A stretch of 64,000 bases of DNA from Eledone cirrhosa (lineage: Eukaryota), in contig OZ024742.1 of NCBI GenBank assembly GCA_964016885.1, positions 235,662,001 to 235,726,000 on the forward strand, read 5' to 3'. The translations under genes and the position numbers were made by a program. Below, piece after piece: positions 30,230-44,220 of the stretch. Below the pieces are notes generated by a model that saw only the letters and a list, made by a program, of their open reading frames with translations, searched no databases and had not been told where the DNA came from. Within the stretch, counting starts at the first letter, position 1; every line of letters starts with the position of its first letter.

Positions 30230-31084
30230 CGAGGTGTATCAGACAAGTAACAGGACTTAGTATGTTTTGTGAGATTTGCGGGTTGCGTCACCGTGTGACG
30301 TAATATATGAGTTGTATATAACTGCGATCTCAGCTCTCTGCGGCCATTATATGTTTTTTTTCCACGTGCTTTTGTTAACAGCCCTCAATTTTAGGCCGTC
30401 GGGCGATGGGCACAGAGCAACGAACCAGTCTGAAGTTTCTTGTCCAGCTGGGGAAAGTTCCGTCAGAAACACTCGGAATACTACAGCATGTGTACGAAGA
30501 TGAGACGATGTCGCAATCATGAGTTTTCCAGTGGCACAACATGTTCAAAGACGACTCCCCAGGAGCGGAAGGCCTTCAATGAGCAGGATTGAGGCCAACG
30601 TTGAGCTCCATGAGTCAGGGGATGCGTGGCGATCGTCTGTTCAACTGATCGCGAGTAAGCTGGGCATGAACCGCGACACCGTTTTGAAAATTATCACCGA
30701 ATATTTGGGCATGCGGAAGATCTGCGCGAAGATGGTGCCGAAGCTGGTGAACGATGACCAGAAGGAGCGAGGCATGCAGGTGTATCACAGGACATCCTAG
30801 AGCGTCTTGAAACCGAACAAGATTTGCCGGGGTGAGTCATCACCAATGATGAGACATGGATCTAAGAGAATGAGTCTTTTTCCGGACCTAGAAGTCATCA
30901 AGTGGGCCGTGACAACGGAATTGCGGAGAATCCTTCCAGGAACGCATTGAGTCGTGGCGAAGAATGATGGGAAAGTCTGTTAGAATCGAGGGGGATTATT
31001 TCGGAGCGAAAAACTTGTTTGTAGTTTGGATTTGAAATATTTTATTTTGCGACCCCAGTCCTGTTTCTTTTCTGACACACCTCG
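30230..31084 (+). mobile_element. Mariner-family DNA transposon, internally deleted
   Basis: Imperfect ~28-bp TIRs CGAGGTGTATCAGACAAGTAACAGGACT / AGTCCTGTTTCTTTTCTGACACACCTCG; TA TSD; transposase remnants EQR..LKFLV.LGK, PRSGRPS, LGMRKICAKMVPKL, ITNDETWI. Confidence 0.92.
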
Positions 31085-31495
31085 TACGATAGATGTTATA
31101 GAAACAAACAGATAGATAGGTGGATCGCTTGATACTTACACACACACACATGCGCGCACGCACACACACGCGCACGCACGCACACACACGCGCACGCACA
31201 CACACACACACACGCATGCACACACACGCGAACGCACATACACGCGCACGCACACACACACACACACGCACGTGTGTGTGTACGTATGTATGCATATGAA
31301 TGGATATATAGATATATATACATAAATATATACAACCTACACGCACACCCACACATATATAAATATATATTTATTTATATGTACAATGTATGACTCACAC
31401 ACACACACACTCACACACATATATATATATACATATATGTTTCAATACTTATACATAGATGCTCTCAATATTGTACTTAAACCCACGCCTGTATA

Positions 31496-31707
31496 CAGGG
31501 TGGACATAAAGTCTTTCCCTGATTATAAAATACCATATCTCAGATATTATTTGAGATTTTATTTTTTCATTGTTTTAATTCATAAATTTCAAGTTTAAAG
31601 TTTTTCTGAACATGTTTTACAGTTCCTCTTCTACAGGAAGTAGTTGTAATGTTCAGTAATAAGATGGCATCTATGAAATAAAAAGGAAAGACTTTATACT
31701 CACCCTG
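31496..31707. mobile_element. Tc1/mariner-type MITE
   Basis: TIRs CAGGGTG..CATAAAGTCTTTCC / GGAAAGACTTTAT...CACCCTG with TA on both sides. Confidence 0.8.
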
Positions 31708-31979
31708 TATATAGATATAAAGGCATATAATTTACATTTTTCTATAAAATTATATACGCACACAATTAACCTATATATTTAATGTCTATTATACAATGAG
31801 GAGTGTGTATGGAGTGTGTATATATAAGGATTTAGGAAATTTGGTTGTAGTTAAGTAGGTATATTTGAGAAATGTTAGACCGCTTGTACATATTCGCAAG
31901 AATGCGATAATATCTTGGCTCATCATGTCAGGGGTACAAAGAATGTTGTTATTAGACACTGGACTCCTTTGCTTGTCAT

Positions 31980-32210
31980 ACACACAGGGTCGATAAAATA
32001 AAGTACAAGTCATGCACTGGGTTCGATTTAATTGACCCCCCCCCCCTCCCCACATAAAAAAAATTGGTCTTGTGCCTAAATTAAAACATTATATACTGTA
32101 CTCAAATCCCGCCGAGGTTAACTTTGCCTTTCATGCTTCAGGGTCGATAAAATAAAGTACCAGTAATGTACTGGGTAATTGCTGGCCTTGTGCCAAAAGT
32201 AGAAACAATT
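31980..32210 (+). mobile_element. Two adjacent SINE family A fragments; the second has an 18-bp TSD
   Basis: GGGTCGATAAAATAAAGTAC core twice; ATTATATACTGTACTCAA at 32088-32105 and 32208-32225. Confidence 0.8.
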
Positions 32211-32390
32211 ATATACTGTACTCAATCTCACTATATCCATCTATGTATGTATGTATGTATGTATGTATGTATGTATGTATGTATGTATGTATGTATGTAT
32301 GTATGTATGTATGTATGTATGTATGTGTGTGTGTGTGTCTATGTATGTATGTATGTATGTATGTATGTATGTATGTATGTATGTATGTCA

Positions 32391-32660
32391 GGTCACCAGT
32401 TGGTGCTACTGGTAACATGTATCCCAGTACAATCTGTCCCATGGTCGGGTCGTTGACGACTAAACTGACAACCCCGCCAAGGTTTCTTGGTGAGGAGGGT
32501 GACTTTGGACATCCCGCAGGACTAAAAACAAAACCTGTCAAAGGGCAAAGGAGCTCTTAAGAGTCAATGGCCATCCAAAATCACCGGGAGAGATGACCCC
32601 TTAGCCCTTGTCAAGGCAGAATTCTAGGAGAAGGAAAACTCTGATATAACACCTGCAACC
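32391..32660 (+). mobile_element. Probable RTE-type LINE 5' UTR fragment; related piece at ~58960-59070
   Basis: AAAGGGC....GA.CTC....GTCAA.GGCCATCCA shared by both; GGAGAAGGAAAACTCTGAT resembles RTE 5' UTRs (from recall only). Confidence 0.4.
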
Positions 32661-32661
32661 C

Positions 32662-32994
32662 TGATGGTATCCAATGATGTTAACTTGTTCTTCTTTTTGG
32701 TAAATATCATCTTGGTTAAGAGAGTGGGACTGGCTTTGTGCAGTGCCTTTGCTCACTATAAAAGCTTCACGGCACAGGCATTGCTTTATATCTGGAGATC
32801 TCTCTGCACTTGTCATCACATGGTACCATGGGCCCAGCACTATGTGTCAGTAATTGTCACAAGTGTAGTGTTTGTACCAGAGTTTTCAAGTCGCTGACTG
32901 GACTAAAAAGTCACACTCGTTCAGCGCATCGGTAGGGGTTCTCCTACATGGATATAAAGTAGTGGCCGTACTCGAAAACGAGTTGGCAGCCACC
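32662..32994. repeat. Unclassified ~333-bp element, copy 1
   Basis: Highly similar copy with the same ends at 43102-43434 (TGATGGTATCCAATG...GAGTTGGCAGCYACC, then microsatellite). Confidence 0.9.
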
Positions 32995-33155
32995 GTGTAT
33001 GTATGTATGTATGTATGTATGTATGTATGTATGTATGTATGTATGTATGTGTGTATGTATATATGTATGCGTGAATGTATGTATATATGTATGTGTGTAT
33101 AAACACACACACATACATATATAAGTATATATATATACAGAGAGAGAGAGAGAGA

Positions 33156-33209
<54 letters not shown>

Positions 33210-33325
33210 AGGGGGGGGGGGCAAAGATAGAATATATATATATATAAATGCACGGACATGTATGTGTGTGTGTCTGTGTGTGTGTGTGTGTGTACATGCG
33301 AGTGCACATAAATGTGTATGTTTAT

Positions 33326-33364
<39 letters not shown>

Positions 33365-33442
33365 GACATAAGCATACACACTCACGCACACACACACGTA
33401 CACACACACGCACACACGCACACACACACACACCACACACAC

Positions 33443-33506
<64 letters not shown>

Positions 33507-33949
33507 TGTTATATTTGGGGAGGGTCATATTGTTATAATATTGCCAGAAATAATAACTCACTTTGGTTCGGGTTGGTTTTCGCGTCTGTATCTTTTATTT
33601 CTCCATAGTTAATTCATCTGGAAATCAATGTTTATCATTGATTGACCAATGGGTAAAAATGCAGATATAAATATATATATCTATCAAAGTTCTTTCTTCA
33701 CACATCTGTGACATCATCAGTGGTACTATTATGTTTCCTCCCGTTGTATTGTAATGCCTACGCCAAATATAAAGGGCCAACCAAGAATTGATGGCCCTCA
33801 TAGCATGAAGCAAAGAGATACATAGAGAGAGGGGGAGATCTTAGTTACAACCCCCCTCAAAGTGGTACAGGCAATCATGATACTTATAAAAACATTAGGG
33901 CGAGCTAGCCTTTCTCTCTTAACTAACCAGTCAACATTGTTATTATAAG

Positions 33950-34500
33950 AGTAGCATGCATAAATGTTCGTAGCCTGGGGTCGTACTGAAAGCAATGTCG
34001 CTTGCTCAACGACCTCAAGTTACTAAGTATTGATGTCACGGCCGTCAGCGAGACAAAGATTTCTTACCCGCCCATACTAGCCCCTCTTCGCATCTGTTCG
34101 TCGGCCTGGAATGGGAGGCGGAGTGGCAGTGCTGTTTAGGAAAGGCCTGGATCTCGAGGTACGGACGATATTCCTAGATCTGGATGGTAAGTTGGTGGTC
34201 CTAGACGTGAGCAATAGTGAAACTGTTACCTTTAGACTGATGTCCGTCTACGTCCTGCCCGATCGGGGCTGGACGGCTGGATTTCTTCAGGCGCCTTTCT
34301 AGGAACGTCATGCCCTCTACTGTTGGAAAAGGACTGGAACGGCATTCAGACGCACACTGGGGTTGTGTAAGAGTAGTCGATAGAAGCGGCGGTGTAAAAG
34401 AATTCCCGAATGCACCAGTGTGGACCTGGATCAATCGCATAAGGACATCTAGATCGTATATAGCTACGTTTTTCATTAGGTTAGTAGATAGGGATAGCAG
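33950..34500 (+). pseudogene. L1/Tx1-type APE endonuclease fragment
   Basis: INVRSLGS, LLNDLKLLSIDVTAVSETK, GGGVAVLFRKGL, DGKLVVLDV...FRLMSVY, WTW...SRSYI; interrupted by stops and frameshifts. Confidence 0.8.
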
Positions 34501-34504
34501 AACT

Positions 34505-35790
34505 TAATCCGAAGATGCTGGTGTGATCGGGTTTAGGAGATCAGCAAAATATTCTCTCCACCTCGCGAGGATGCACCTCTCTGAAGAGAGTAGAACCCGA
34601 GACGCGTTCTTGATAGCAGATGATGCCAGCTTAACCCCAAAGTCCTCCCATGTCTTAACTTTAGACACTTACTGTCTCTTCTGCGACTTTTTGCCCCTGC
34701 TTGTATCGCAAATGCAAGGAGGAGGACTTATTTCAAAACCAAGAAATTGTAGGCCCCCCTTCTTTGTTCGGATGGCGTTTTTGACCTCTTGATTGAACCA
34801 AGGGATTCTCATGCTACCCAGCACCATACCAAATGTCTTTCGCCTGCAGTATTTAACAGCTGAAGCAGAAACTGCTGAGCTGAACAATCTCCACTCCGTC
34901 TCAATGTCCTCAGTTTGCCCAGGGAGTTCTTTGAATTTGGATGCCATAGTATCTGCACACCTGGTCCTGACTTCCTTATCCACCAATGCTTCCCACTTGA
35001 TCATGTATGTCACCCTGGACCTGCCAGTTTTGTGGGCTTCTATCGCCACTCACACCTGTACAGTCAATTCTGGCGCCTCACCTGAACACCTGAATAGTGG
35101 AGTTTCCATCCTCCATCCAAATCTACAGAGTCAGAGTCTCGGAACTTTGTTGAGGACACCCCGACTATATCTAGCCGGTAGCATCTAGCCTCATCCACTA
35201 GTTCCTGCTCCTTGCCTGTAAGGGTTGTGGTGTTTCAGGACCAACTGTCAAGGTTTGCTCCCTTCCGGACCTCTTTGGGGTCTCGGGATATGCAACCTTT
35301 GTGCGTTCATCCCACGCATCCCAGGATAGGTCGTAGGCCCATTGCCAGCTTTTGCAGCATGGAATGGAGACTGCATTATATTTTTTTAACAGAGCCCTCT
35401 ACCTAAGTCCTGGACGCGTCCCATGTTAACCCCCGCGAAGGACGGTGTAGTATGGAATGGATCTTCTTTATTTTCCTCATCATATTACAGTTTCAGTTTC
35501 AGTGGTCTTATTAGCGCCAGTCACCAATCTGGTATTTTGTCAAACCCGTGAAGACTAGACATTTTTAGAGACGGCTTTACACGCCTCGGTGTAGCTACGT
35601 CATTGTGTTGTGAGAATTTTCTTGGGAGCTACAGGTGACACTCATTGCTCCATCTCCCGTAGTAGTTTACCGCTGTTGGTCAGGGGCTGCTTATTCGTCC
35701 GGTAGTTGCCCGCTGACATCGCAACTAGCCATTATATCTGGTGGCCGTATCGCTATCCGCCTCCCGCGACCCGTTCTCTAACGGAACAGC
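34505..35790 (-). mobile_element. RTE-clade LINE 5' fragment (UTR, APE N-terminus, deletion, linker)
   Basis: KEQELVDEARCYRLDIVGVSSTK...GGWKLHYSGV, then IKWEALVD...DIETEWRLF...RIPWFNQEVKNAIRTKK. The 5' UTR limit is approximate. Confidence 0.8.
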
Positions 35791-35798
35791 TCTGCAGA

Positions 35799-35870
<72 letters not shown>

Positions 35871-35945
35871 GGTGTTGGATGCTTAAAGCATCCGTATGCG
35901 GTAGGCCGTTTGAGCACTCGATGCTCTCATAGAGAAGAGTATGAT

Positions 35946-36134
35946 ATCACAAAAAAAGAGAATCAGTGTTGCGACGAATGGAATTTATTAGAATGAAGAC
36001 GAATCTGAGGACCTTGTGATTTTCAGAGTCAGGTTCGATCATCACATCGATCGTGCCTCGAGCTGGTCGCCAGAGAAACAATTGTAATATATCCAATAAA
36101 TTCCATTCGTCGCAACACTGATTCTCTTTTTTTG

Positions 36135-36138
<4 letters not shown>
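35946..36138. repeat. Fold-back element with 44-bp arms enclosing a degenerate hammerhead-like motif
   Basis: ATCACAAAAAAAGAGAATCAGTGTTGCGACGAATGGAATTTATT (35946-35989) and its reverse complement (36095-36138); spacer contains CTGAGGA...GAAACAATTGTA. Confidence 0.85.
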
Positions 36139-36224
<86 letters not shown>

Positions 36225-36279
36225 TTATATATATGTATATATTATATATATATATTATATATATCATATATATACTATA

Positions 36280-36325
<46 letters not shown>

Positions 36326-36344
36326 GAAAAGATTTCCTGGTGGA

Positions 36345-36470
36345 AGTTCTTTCTTCTGATGAAGGACTAGCATCCTAAACGTTAAGAGCCTAAGAGCCAC
36401 TTCCTGCTATTTCAAGCGTTAACCTAATATATTCCTTCCATATACTGTACGATTGTGTTGTTATTTCTGT

Positions 36471-36475
<5 letters not shown>
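36345..36475 (+). mobile_element. PLE terminal fragment (family of 27143-27995) with mutated hammerhead core
   Basis: TCTT-CTGATGA-A-GGA-ctagca-TCC-TAAA-CGTT-AAGA followed by CTTCCTGCTATTTCAAGCGTTAACCTAATATATTCCTTCCATATACTGTAC. Confidence 0.75.
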
Positions 36476-36564
<89 letters not shown>

Positions 36565-36584
36565 ACACACACACATATATATGT

Positions 36585-36672
36585 GAAAGACGTAAAATAA
36601 GAAAATTTTAAAAATTAAAAATTAACTTACTATAATTTTTAATTTTAAAAATTTTCTTATTTTACGTCTTTC
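36585..36672. repeat. AT-rich palindrome, ~40-bp arms
   Basis: GAAAGACGTAAAATAAGAAAATTTT / AAAATTTTCTTATTTTACGTCTTTC. Confidence 0.85.
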
Positions 36673-36781
36673 ATATAATTGTTCTGCATCCCCCTGCATA
36701 GAACCACAAAGGTACTAAGACATAACATATATATTTGCTAGCATGGGTATACATCTGTATACATATCTTGGTAGATATACT

Positions 36782-36893
<112 letters not shown>

Positions 36894-37024
36894 TTTCTGA
36901 ATTTGTTTAGCAAGATTCTTTATCTGAAATCGTGTGTTGAAACCGATATTGTTATACACACACAGAAACAAAATGGCGTAGGATAGAAGAAAGGAAAGGC
37001 ACAGAAACAAAGAAAGGAATCCCC

Positions 37025-37069
37025 AGTCACTGATGAGGTCACAGAGTGTGTGACGAAAGGACTATGACT
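37025..37069 (+). ncRNA. Minimal type I hammerhead ribozyme candidate
   Basis: AGTCA-CTGATGA-G-GTCAC-agagtgt-GTGAC-GAAA-GGAC-TA-TGACT: intact core, perfect 5-bp stems I and II. Confidence 0.7.
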
Positions 37070-37227
37070 ATATATAAACAACTATCTGGTTGTGGAACCA
37101 ACCAACCAACCAGAAATTTATAAGTTTGTAGATTTGTAAATTTATAAATTTATAAATATATAATAAATTGAAGTGAAAGCAACTGGTGCGTGTGTTTCTT
37201 ATTGGCAACATAACCCTCCCAAAGTAT

Positions 37228-37278
<51 letters not shown>

Positions 37279-37279
<1 letters not shown>

Positions 37280-37982
37280 TTGGCGTGATAATAAAGTCCT
37301 TACAATAACCCTTTAAATGAAAATGCACAATTTATTGAAACTAAAATTTATTCATTCTGCAAAACATAATCTCCATTGAATGCAATAATACCTTTACAGT
37401 GCTTCTGCAAAGCATTTAACTCGTTTTGGAACCGTTCTTTCGGCAATTGTAGCAATCAATGCCACGATTCATCCACCACCTTTTCTATTGACGCGAAAAC
37501 TAATTGTCTTTGTTTATTCCGTTTCTTTGTTTATTAACATGTGCAATGCAATGATTGTTTTGGTTCTGTATCATCAATGATACTTTCAATGGCATGAATA
37601 GTGGTTGTGCAAGGACGGCCAGAATGAGGAACATCAATAAGTGATGATCTTCTGCCATCTTTGTATTGTTTCACCCAATGATAAATGGTCGAATTTGCTG
37701 GAACGTTATTAATTCCACTCTCCTTCAATTGTGCAATAATATTTGTTGCTGATTTCCCTCGTTTCCATTCAATGAAAACATATGCTCAACAATTTTCTTG
37801 ATTTAAATCCATTCGATGCGTGTATTATAAACTCACAAGAATGGGCCTGTGACAAAATACAGCTTTCATACAGAATATCACACGTGTACAACAAAGTTCA
37901 AATTCCAACTAATATTAACTACATTTACTGCTATATACAGCACACAGCCTACTATTCTAAAGACTTTATTGTTACACCATGC
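37279..37982 (-). mobile_element. Mariner-family remnant, internally deleted
   Basis: Imperfect TIRs TGGCGTGATAATAAAGTCCTTACAATA / TATTCTAAAGACTTTATTGTTACACCA; HTH-region peptide STIYHWVKQYKDGRRSSLIDVPHSGRP. Confidence 0.85.
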
Positions 37983-38122
37983 ATATTTTATATATAAATT
38001 ATATTTAATACCCAAACCAAACAGTGTATTTTATTATATATTTCTGGTAATATTATAATAATATGACCCTCCCCAAATATAACAATTTTTTCATATCAAA
38101 AAGCTTGCAAAACAAATGCATA

Positions 38123-38255
<133 letters not shown>

Positions 38256-39224
38256 GGTAAACTAGATGAGTTGATAATACAACTATATAAGGCAGAGAGA
38301 TATTCAAAGCTCGTATGTGATTTCATTTTCCACAGTAAGATTGCAAAAGACAGTTCAGTGTTTAATCTACTTTGTAAATGTCCAGTTATAGTATTTTTAC
38401 AACATCACATAGCATATATAAAATGAATAAATAAATAATCAAGGTTTAATTCATTATTGAAATGATTTACACGCGTTTCATTCAAATATAGAAGTCCTCT
38501 GCATAGAATTCATCAGAATCATTATATAATATCAACCGCATGTCCGAATGTCTCCAAACACGAACAAATTCGAAAACAACCTTATATCTAGCCGGGAAAA
38601 CGTTAAAAATTATGGAAGACTAAACGCAGAAATTAAAATTTATTAGTAATACAAATACTATGTAACGGTTAGTTCGACTGTTAAATTTAATATGCATATT
38701 TTGACTCAAATAAACATTATAGGAATAAAATTAAGGCCTATAAATATATGCATACACAGACGTGTGGGGGTATTTATATGCCCATACATACACATACATA
38801 TACACGTCGGTGGGATTTGAACTCAGATCACAAAGAGCAGGAACGAATACCACGAAGTATTTTTATATGTTCTAAGGACTCTGCCAATATGTTGCCTTTA
38901 CTAAATAATTACGTGAATGAGTGGGAAGAGTTATTCGGAAGAAGTTCCACATGCGTTGCGTGAAATCCCAACCCCTCTCTCTGCGTGCGTGAGTATATGT
39001 GTGTATATATATGTGTGTATTTATAAAACAGCTGTAGGACAGCGGTGCTATTGTTTGATTCATTAATCAATTTAGTTCTTGACATTTTAAATATTGGATT
39101 AAAAATGAACATATGTGGAGAAATAGCCAGTGTACTGTTGAAGCCATATTGTATTTAGAAGCTACAAACCTCATAGTATTAGCAAGAAAAACTAGAAAAG
39201 GAATCTTGCTTGATCCTCATCATC

Positions 39225-39400
39225 ACTGTCTACTTTTGGCACAAGGCCAGCAATTACCCCAGTGCATTATTGGTGTTTTATTTTATCGATCCCGTAAGGA
39301 TGAAAGGCAAAGTTAACCTCGCCGGGTTTTGAACTCGGAACTTAAAGGGCCATAACTATGTGGCAAACTATAGTGTCTGACGCTGTACAAATACTGCCAT
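39225..39400 (-). mobile_element. SINE family A copy
   Basis: Reverse complement of the family core and tRNA-like head. Confidence 0.8.
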
Positions 39401-39779
39401 TTTGACTCAAAGCCAACAATTCTGGGGGGGGGGGGGGGAAGAAGAAAAAAATCGATTTTATCGATCCTAGTACATGATTGCTATTTTAATTTATCGAGCC
39501 CAGAAGGATGGCATTCCATTTGTTTTGGAGGAACTGGACGTCTACTATGGACATTCGCGTGGCGGAGGCCGAGCTGGTTCATATCGGACGATGCATATCT
39601 CTTCAGCAGTTCGTCGGATACTGGCGTCTGCGAGGAGAGATGCGTGGCTGTAGCAGGAGGCACTGCGGAAGGTGTATAGAAGCTTCAGTATCGCAGGTTT
39701 GAATTACAATTACAGTTTGTCTTGTATTTAATTACAAGTGACTGAAATGTCCTCAGGTATGTTTACAACTAATGTAATT

Positions 39780-39985
39780 CTCAGGGAGAATCAGCGCGAC
39801 ACAGTGTGTAACGAGATTAACATTTTGAATTTCAGGTACAACTCGTTTTTCCCTAGCCAAGTGAATTGTAGCAACATAAAATAATATATCAAGGACACAA
39901 CATGTTATCTGGTCGAGGAATCGAACTCCAGACCTAGCGATCATGAGTTGAACATCTCAAACCACTAAGTCACGCGTCTTCACCA
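39780..39985 (-). mobile_element. SINE family B (tRNA head plus CORE-like GTGTCCTTGAGCAAGACACTTTATTTCAC domain); other copies at ~42385-42505 and ~43700-43930
   Basis: Minus-strand GTGAAG.CGCGTGGCTTAGTGGT A-box and GTTCGATTCC B-box; shared GGAGCAACGTGAAATAAAGTGTCTTGCT block. Confidence 0.7.
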
Positions 39986-40614
39986 TCCTCTTATGCAACT
40001 TGTCATCCGCAAGAGCGAACGACATTAGTCAACTAGACAAAAATACAGAGCTACGTCAGGAGGAAAAATGGCGACCAGATTTACAACTTCCTGTCTATAT
40101 GAGATTTGAGTTCTAAGTAATCTAAAGCATTGATGTTTTCAATTTATTATGGGTTAGCTCTACACCCAATGGTATCTTCCCCCTTCTTTATTCCACCTCC
40201 CCTCATCGTCCCATCTCTTCGTCGTCTTTCAATGACCCTCTCTGTATATATCTCTAAATATCCCTTAAATTACAAAGCTTGTTGATGAGGTTGCTCTCTT
40301 TAAAACTGACATTAACTTATATAGCTGTACGCGCTTTTGGAGTGCATGCATGCATCTATGTATGTATGTATGTATGTATGTATGTATGTATGTATGTATG
40401 TATGTATGTATGTATGTATGCATGCATGTATGTATGTATGAATGCATGTATGTATGTATGCATGTATATATGTATGTATGCATGTATGTATGTATGTATG
40501 TATGTATGTCTGTATGTATGCATGCATGTATGTATTATGTATGTATTTCCCACATAAACATACATATCTTTAAAGATAGACATACATACCCTCACACAAC
40601 GCCCCATTATATAC

Positions 40615-40660
<46 letters not shown>

Positions 40661-40722
40661 GTAGAACACTGGAAGGTAATATCCGTAGTGGCAGAGCACT
40701 CAGTCCATGGGACGAGTTAGGT

Positions 40723-40804
40723 AGAAGTGGTTACACAACAGTTAGGATCCGCTAAAGTGAAACAATTGTTCTCGGTATGGTGAACTAACTGTTGTGTAAC
40801 CACT

Positions 40805-40807
<3 letters not shown>
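40723..40807. repeat. Small fold-back (23-bp arms) enclosing the 3' half of a hammerhead motif (GAAACAATTGTT)
   Basis: AGAAGTGGTTACACAACAGTTAG / CTAACTGTTGTGTAACCACTTCT. Confidence 0.75.
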
Positions 40808-40864
<57 letters not shown>

Positions 40865-40890
40865 TAGAGATATGTGTGTGTGTCTGTGTG

Positions 40891-41064
<174 letters not shown>

Positions 41065-41069
41065 AAGTA

Positions 41070-41399
<330 letters not shown>

Positions 41400-41414
41400 T
41401 ATATATATATAAAT

Positions 41415-41465
<51 letters not shown>

Positions 41466-42109
41466 TATATATATATAAATATATATATATATAAATATAT
41501 ATATATATAATTAAGTTAAAAAAATGTACATCCACATATGTATACTGAAATACTAGTATGCATATGAATACACACACGTATACATATGTAGATGTACCAA
41601 GTCTTTCACTGGTTACTTTACTGTGAGTATCCAGCTATTCTGTATGTAAACACACAGATAAACCGGTTTTTAGAGTCATACGTCATACAAAAGTGAGTTA
41701 CAAACGAAACGAAATTTAATTTCGTTTCGTTATTTGTTTTTATATATATATAAATATATATATATATATAAATATATATATATATAAATATATATATATA
41801 TAAATATATATATATATATTATAAAATATGTCCATCTGCCTCCGCCGAAAATAAGTAAGCGACATAGTCACTACTTTAAAACTGATAGCGAATGGTGTTC
41901 TAAATGTTTTTAATGAACCACACGGTATATTGCCAAATATACTATACATTCATGTATACATCGATATTTCAGAGCACCAATTCTTATCACCATACCTTAT
42001 AATTATATATATATAGGATAAAAGGATAAAGATCTCATAACTCTTTGTCGAGTTGTAGAGGCAGTGTCATTCGGCGTGTCTGAACACAGCCAATGTTTTC
42101 TATAGAGGA

Positions 42110-42250
42110 AGAATCGACCCCAGGACTGGATTGGTACTTTTTTTTATCGACCTCGAAAGAATGTAAGGCAAAGTTGACTGCGGCAGGATTTGAACTCAGA
42201 GCGCGTAATGAGGTGAGATGAATACCGTAAAGCATTCTATCCGACGTCTT
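42110..42250 (-). mobile_element. SINE family A-related diverged copy
   Basis: GGTACTTT..TTTATCGACC..GAAAG.ATG.AAGGCAAAGTTGAC..CGGCAGGATTTGAACTCAGA. Confidence 0.7.
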
Positions 42251-42252
42251 AA

Positions 42253-42288
<36 letters not shown>

Positions 42289-42533
42289 AACGATCGACTT
42301 TCGTCAAATTGGACCGAGGGAATAATGTTTCCGTTGGTCTTTCCAATTGCTAATACTATCTATCGGTCGCAACTCCAGGTAGAAGGAGCAACGTGAAATA
42401 AAGTGTCTTGCTCAAGGACATAACGCATCACCTGGTCCAGGAATCGAACTCACAACCTTACGATTGCGAATCCAATTCTCTAAGCACTCAGCCACACGCC
42501 TTCACATATATGTATGTGTGTGTGTGTGTGTGT

Positions 42534-42564
<31 letters not shown>

Positions 42565-42684
42565 AGAAACGGCTTGAGCTCAGCCGTCGGGGTCCTACTC
42601 GTTCCTATTACCCACGCTACTACCCTAAGTATTGAGTACTTTGGTGCGTTATGGTCCATCTGGTTCCTTACCACACTTCCTTCG

Positions 42685-42721
<37 letters not shown>

Positions 42722-42730
<9 letters not shown>

Positions 42731-42998
42731 CAAAATGTTAACAAATGAAAAATATTCTCATAATCAAAATATATGATTTGATATATGACATACCGCTACG
42801 GTCTTGATTATTCAATTCCAGTATTGGCAGTACTGGAATTGAATAATAAAGACTGTAGCGGTATGTCATATATCAAATCATATATTTTGTCTGATGAGGA
42901 CGTACTGAAAAATAAAACACAGTACCTTTGAAATATATATAATAAAGTATATATTTTGATTATGAGAATATTTTTCATTTGATAACATTTTGAATAAT
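42722..42998. repeat. Fold-back element whose right arm carries a hammerhead motif (42880-42952)
   Basis: Left arm 42722-42823 mirrors 42825-42889 plus 42959-42998; the intervening segment is CTGATGA..GTACTG/CAGTAC..GAAA-TATATAT-A. Confidence 0.85.
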
Positions 42999-43101
42999 AT
43001 TAAAAACTCCAGGAAAACTTAGTTGTTGAGTGCTTCTAACCTATTGTAAAATTGTATTCGTTGAGTAATCAACGAACCATACTAATCTTTGGTTATACAT
43101 A

Positions 43102-43434
43102 TGATGGTATCCAATGATGTTGACTTGTTCTTCTTTTTGGTAAATATCATCTTGGTTAAGAGAGTGGGACTGGCTTTGTGCAGTGTCTTTGCTCACTATA
43201 AAAGCTTCATAGCACAGGCATTACTTTATATCTGGAGATCTCTCTGCACTTGTCGTCACATGGTACCAAGGGCACAGCACTATGTGTCAATGATTGTCAC
43301 AAGTGTAGTGTTTGTACCAGAGTTTTCAAGTCGCTGGCTGGACTAAAAAGTCACACTCGTTCAGCGCATCGGTAGGGGTTCTCCTACATGGATATAAAGT
43401 GGTGGCCGTACTCGAAAACGAGTTGGCAGCTACC
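43102..43434. repeat. Unclassified ~333-bp element, copy 2
   Basis: Matches 32662-32994 end to end with scattered substitutions. Confidence 0.9.
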
Positions 43435-43471
<37 letters not shown>

Positions 43472-43475
43472 CATA

Positions 43476-43515
<40 letters not shown>

Positions 43516-43937
43516 TATATTCAAATTACCTTGTGTTTACAGGTACACATTTTCACATCGTTTTCATCGTTCAAAAAGACTCCCTGCATGTTATTAGGGA
43601 CAATGGAATGAGTGATCCTGTTTTTAATGTATCAAGGCCATTGTGGTCTCACGTAGATATTAGTGTACACAGACATATGTATCCTAAACATCTCAGTGAA
43701 ATTCGGACACGTGAACTCCTAACATATCAGGGAGATTCAGCATGTCACGGTGTGTGACAAGGTTGTCTGTCCCTTTGAATTACAGGTGCAAATCATTTTC
43801 TTTTACCAGCTAAATAGACTGGAGCAACGTGAAATAAAGTGTCTTGCTGAAGGTCATAACTTGCTCCCCAGATCTGGAAATCAAACTCGCGATCGTACGT
43901 TCGTGATCGGAACACCATAACCACCCAAAGGGATATA

Positions 43938-44033
43938 CAGGGTGCATCAAAAGAATCTTCCGATTTTAAAAGGCTATATTTGTTTATAAAATATAGCCTT
44001 TTGAAACCGGATGATTCTTTTTGATACAAACTG
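43938..44033. mobile_element. Small hairpin MITE (Tc1/mariner type)
   Basis: TA-CAGGGTGCATCAAAAGAATC...AAAAGGCTATATTT / AAATATAGCCTTTT...GATTCTTTTTGATACAAACTG-TA. Confidence 0.7.
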
Positions 44034-44057
44034 TATATATATTTGTTTCTACTTTAA

Positions 44058-44220
44058 TGTTTCTACTTTTGGCACAAGGCCTGCAATTCCCGCAGTGTAT
44101 TACTGGTGCTTTATTTTATCGACCCCGTAAGGATCAAAGGCGAAGTTAACCTCGGCGGGATTTGAACTCAGAACGTAAAAGGCCATAACCCTATGCTGCA
44201 AAGCATGGCGTCTGACGCTA
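44058..44220 (-). mobile_element. SINE family A copy
   Basis: Reverse complement of the family consensus; short duplication of the 3' tail TGTTTCTACTTT. Confidence 0.85.

Noticed and set aside
32391-32475. HDV-like ribozyme at a putative RTE 5' end
   Set aside because: Small hairpins and a CTAA are present, but I could not build the P1/P2 nested pseudoknot by eye; needs a covariance-model search.
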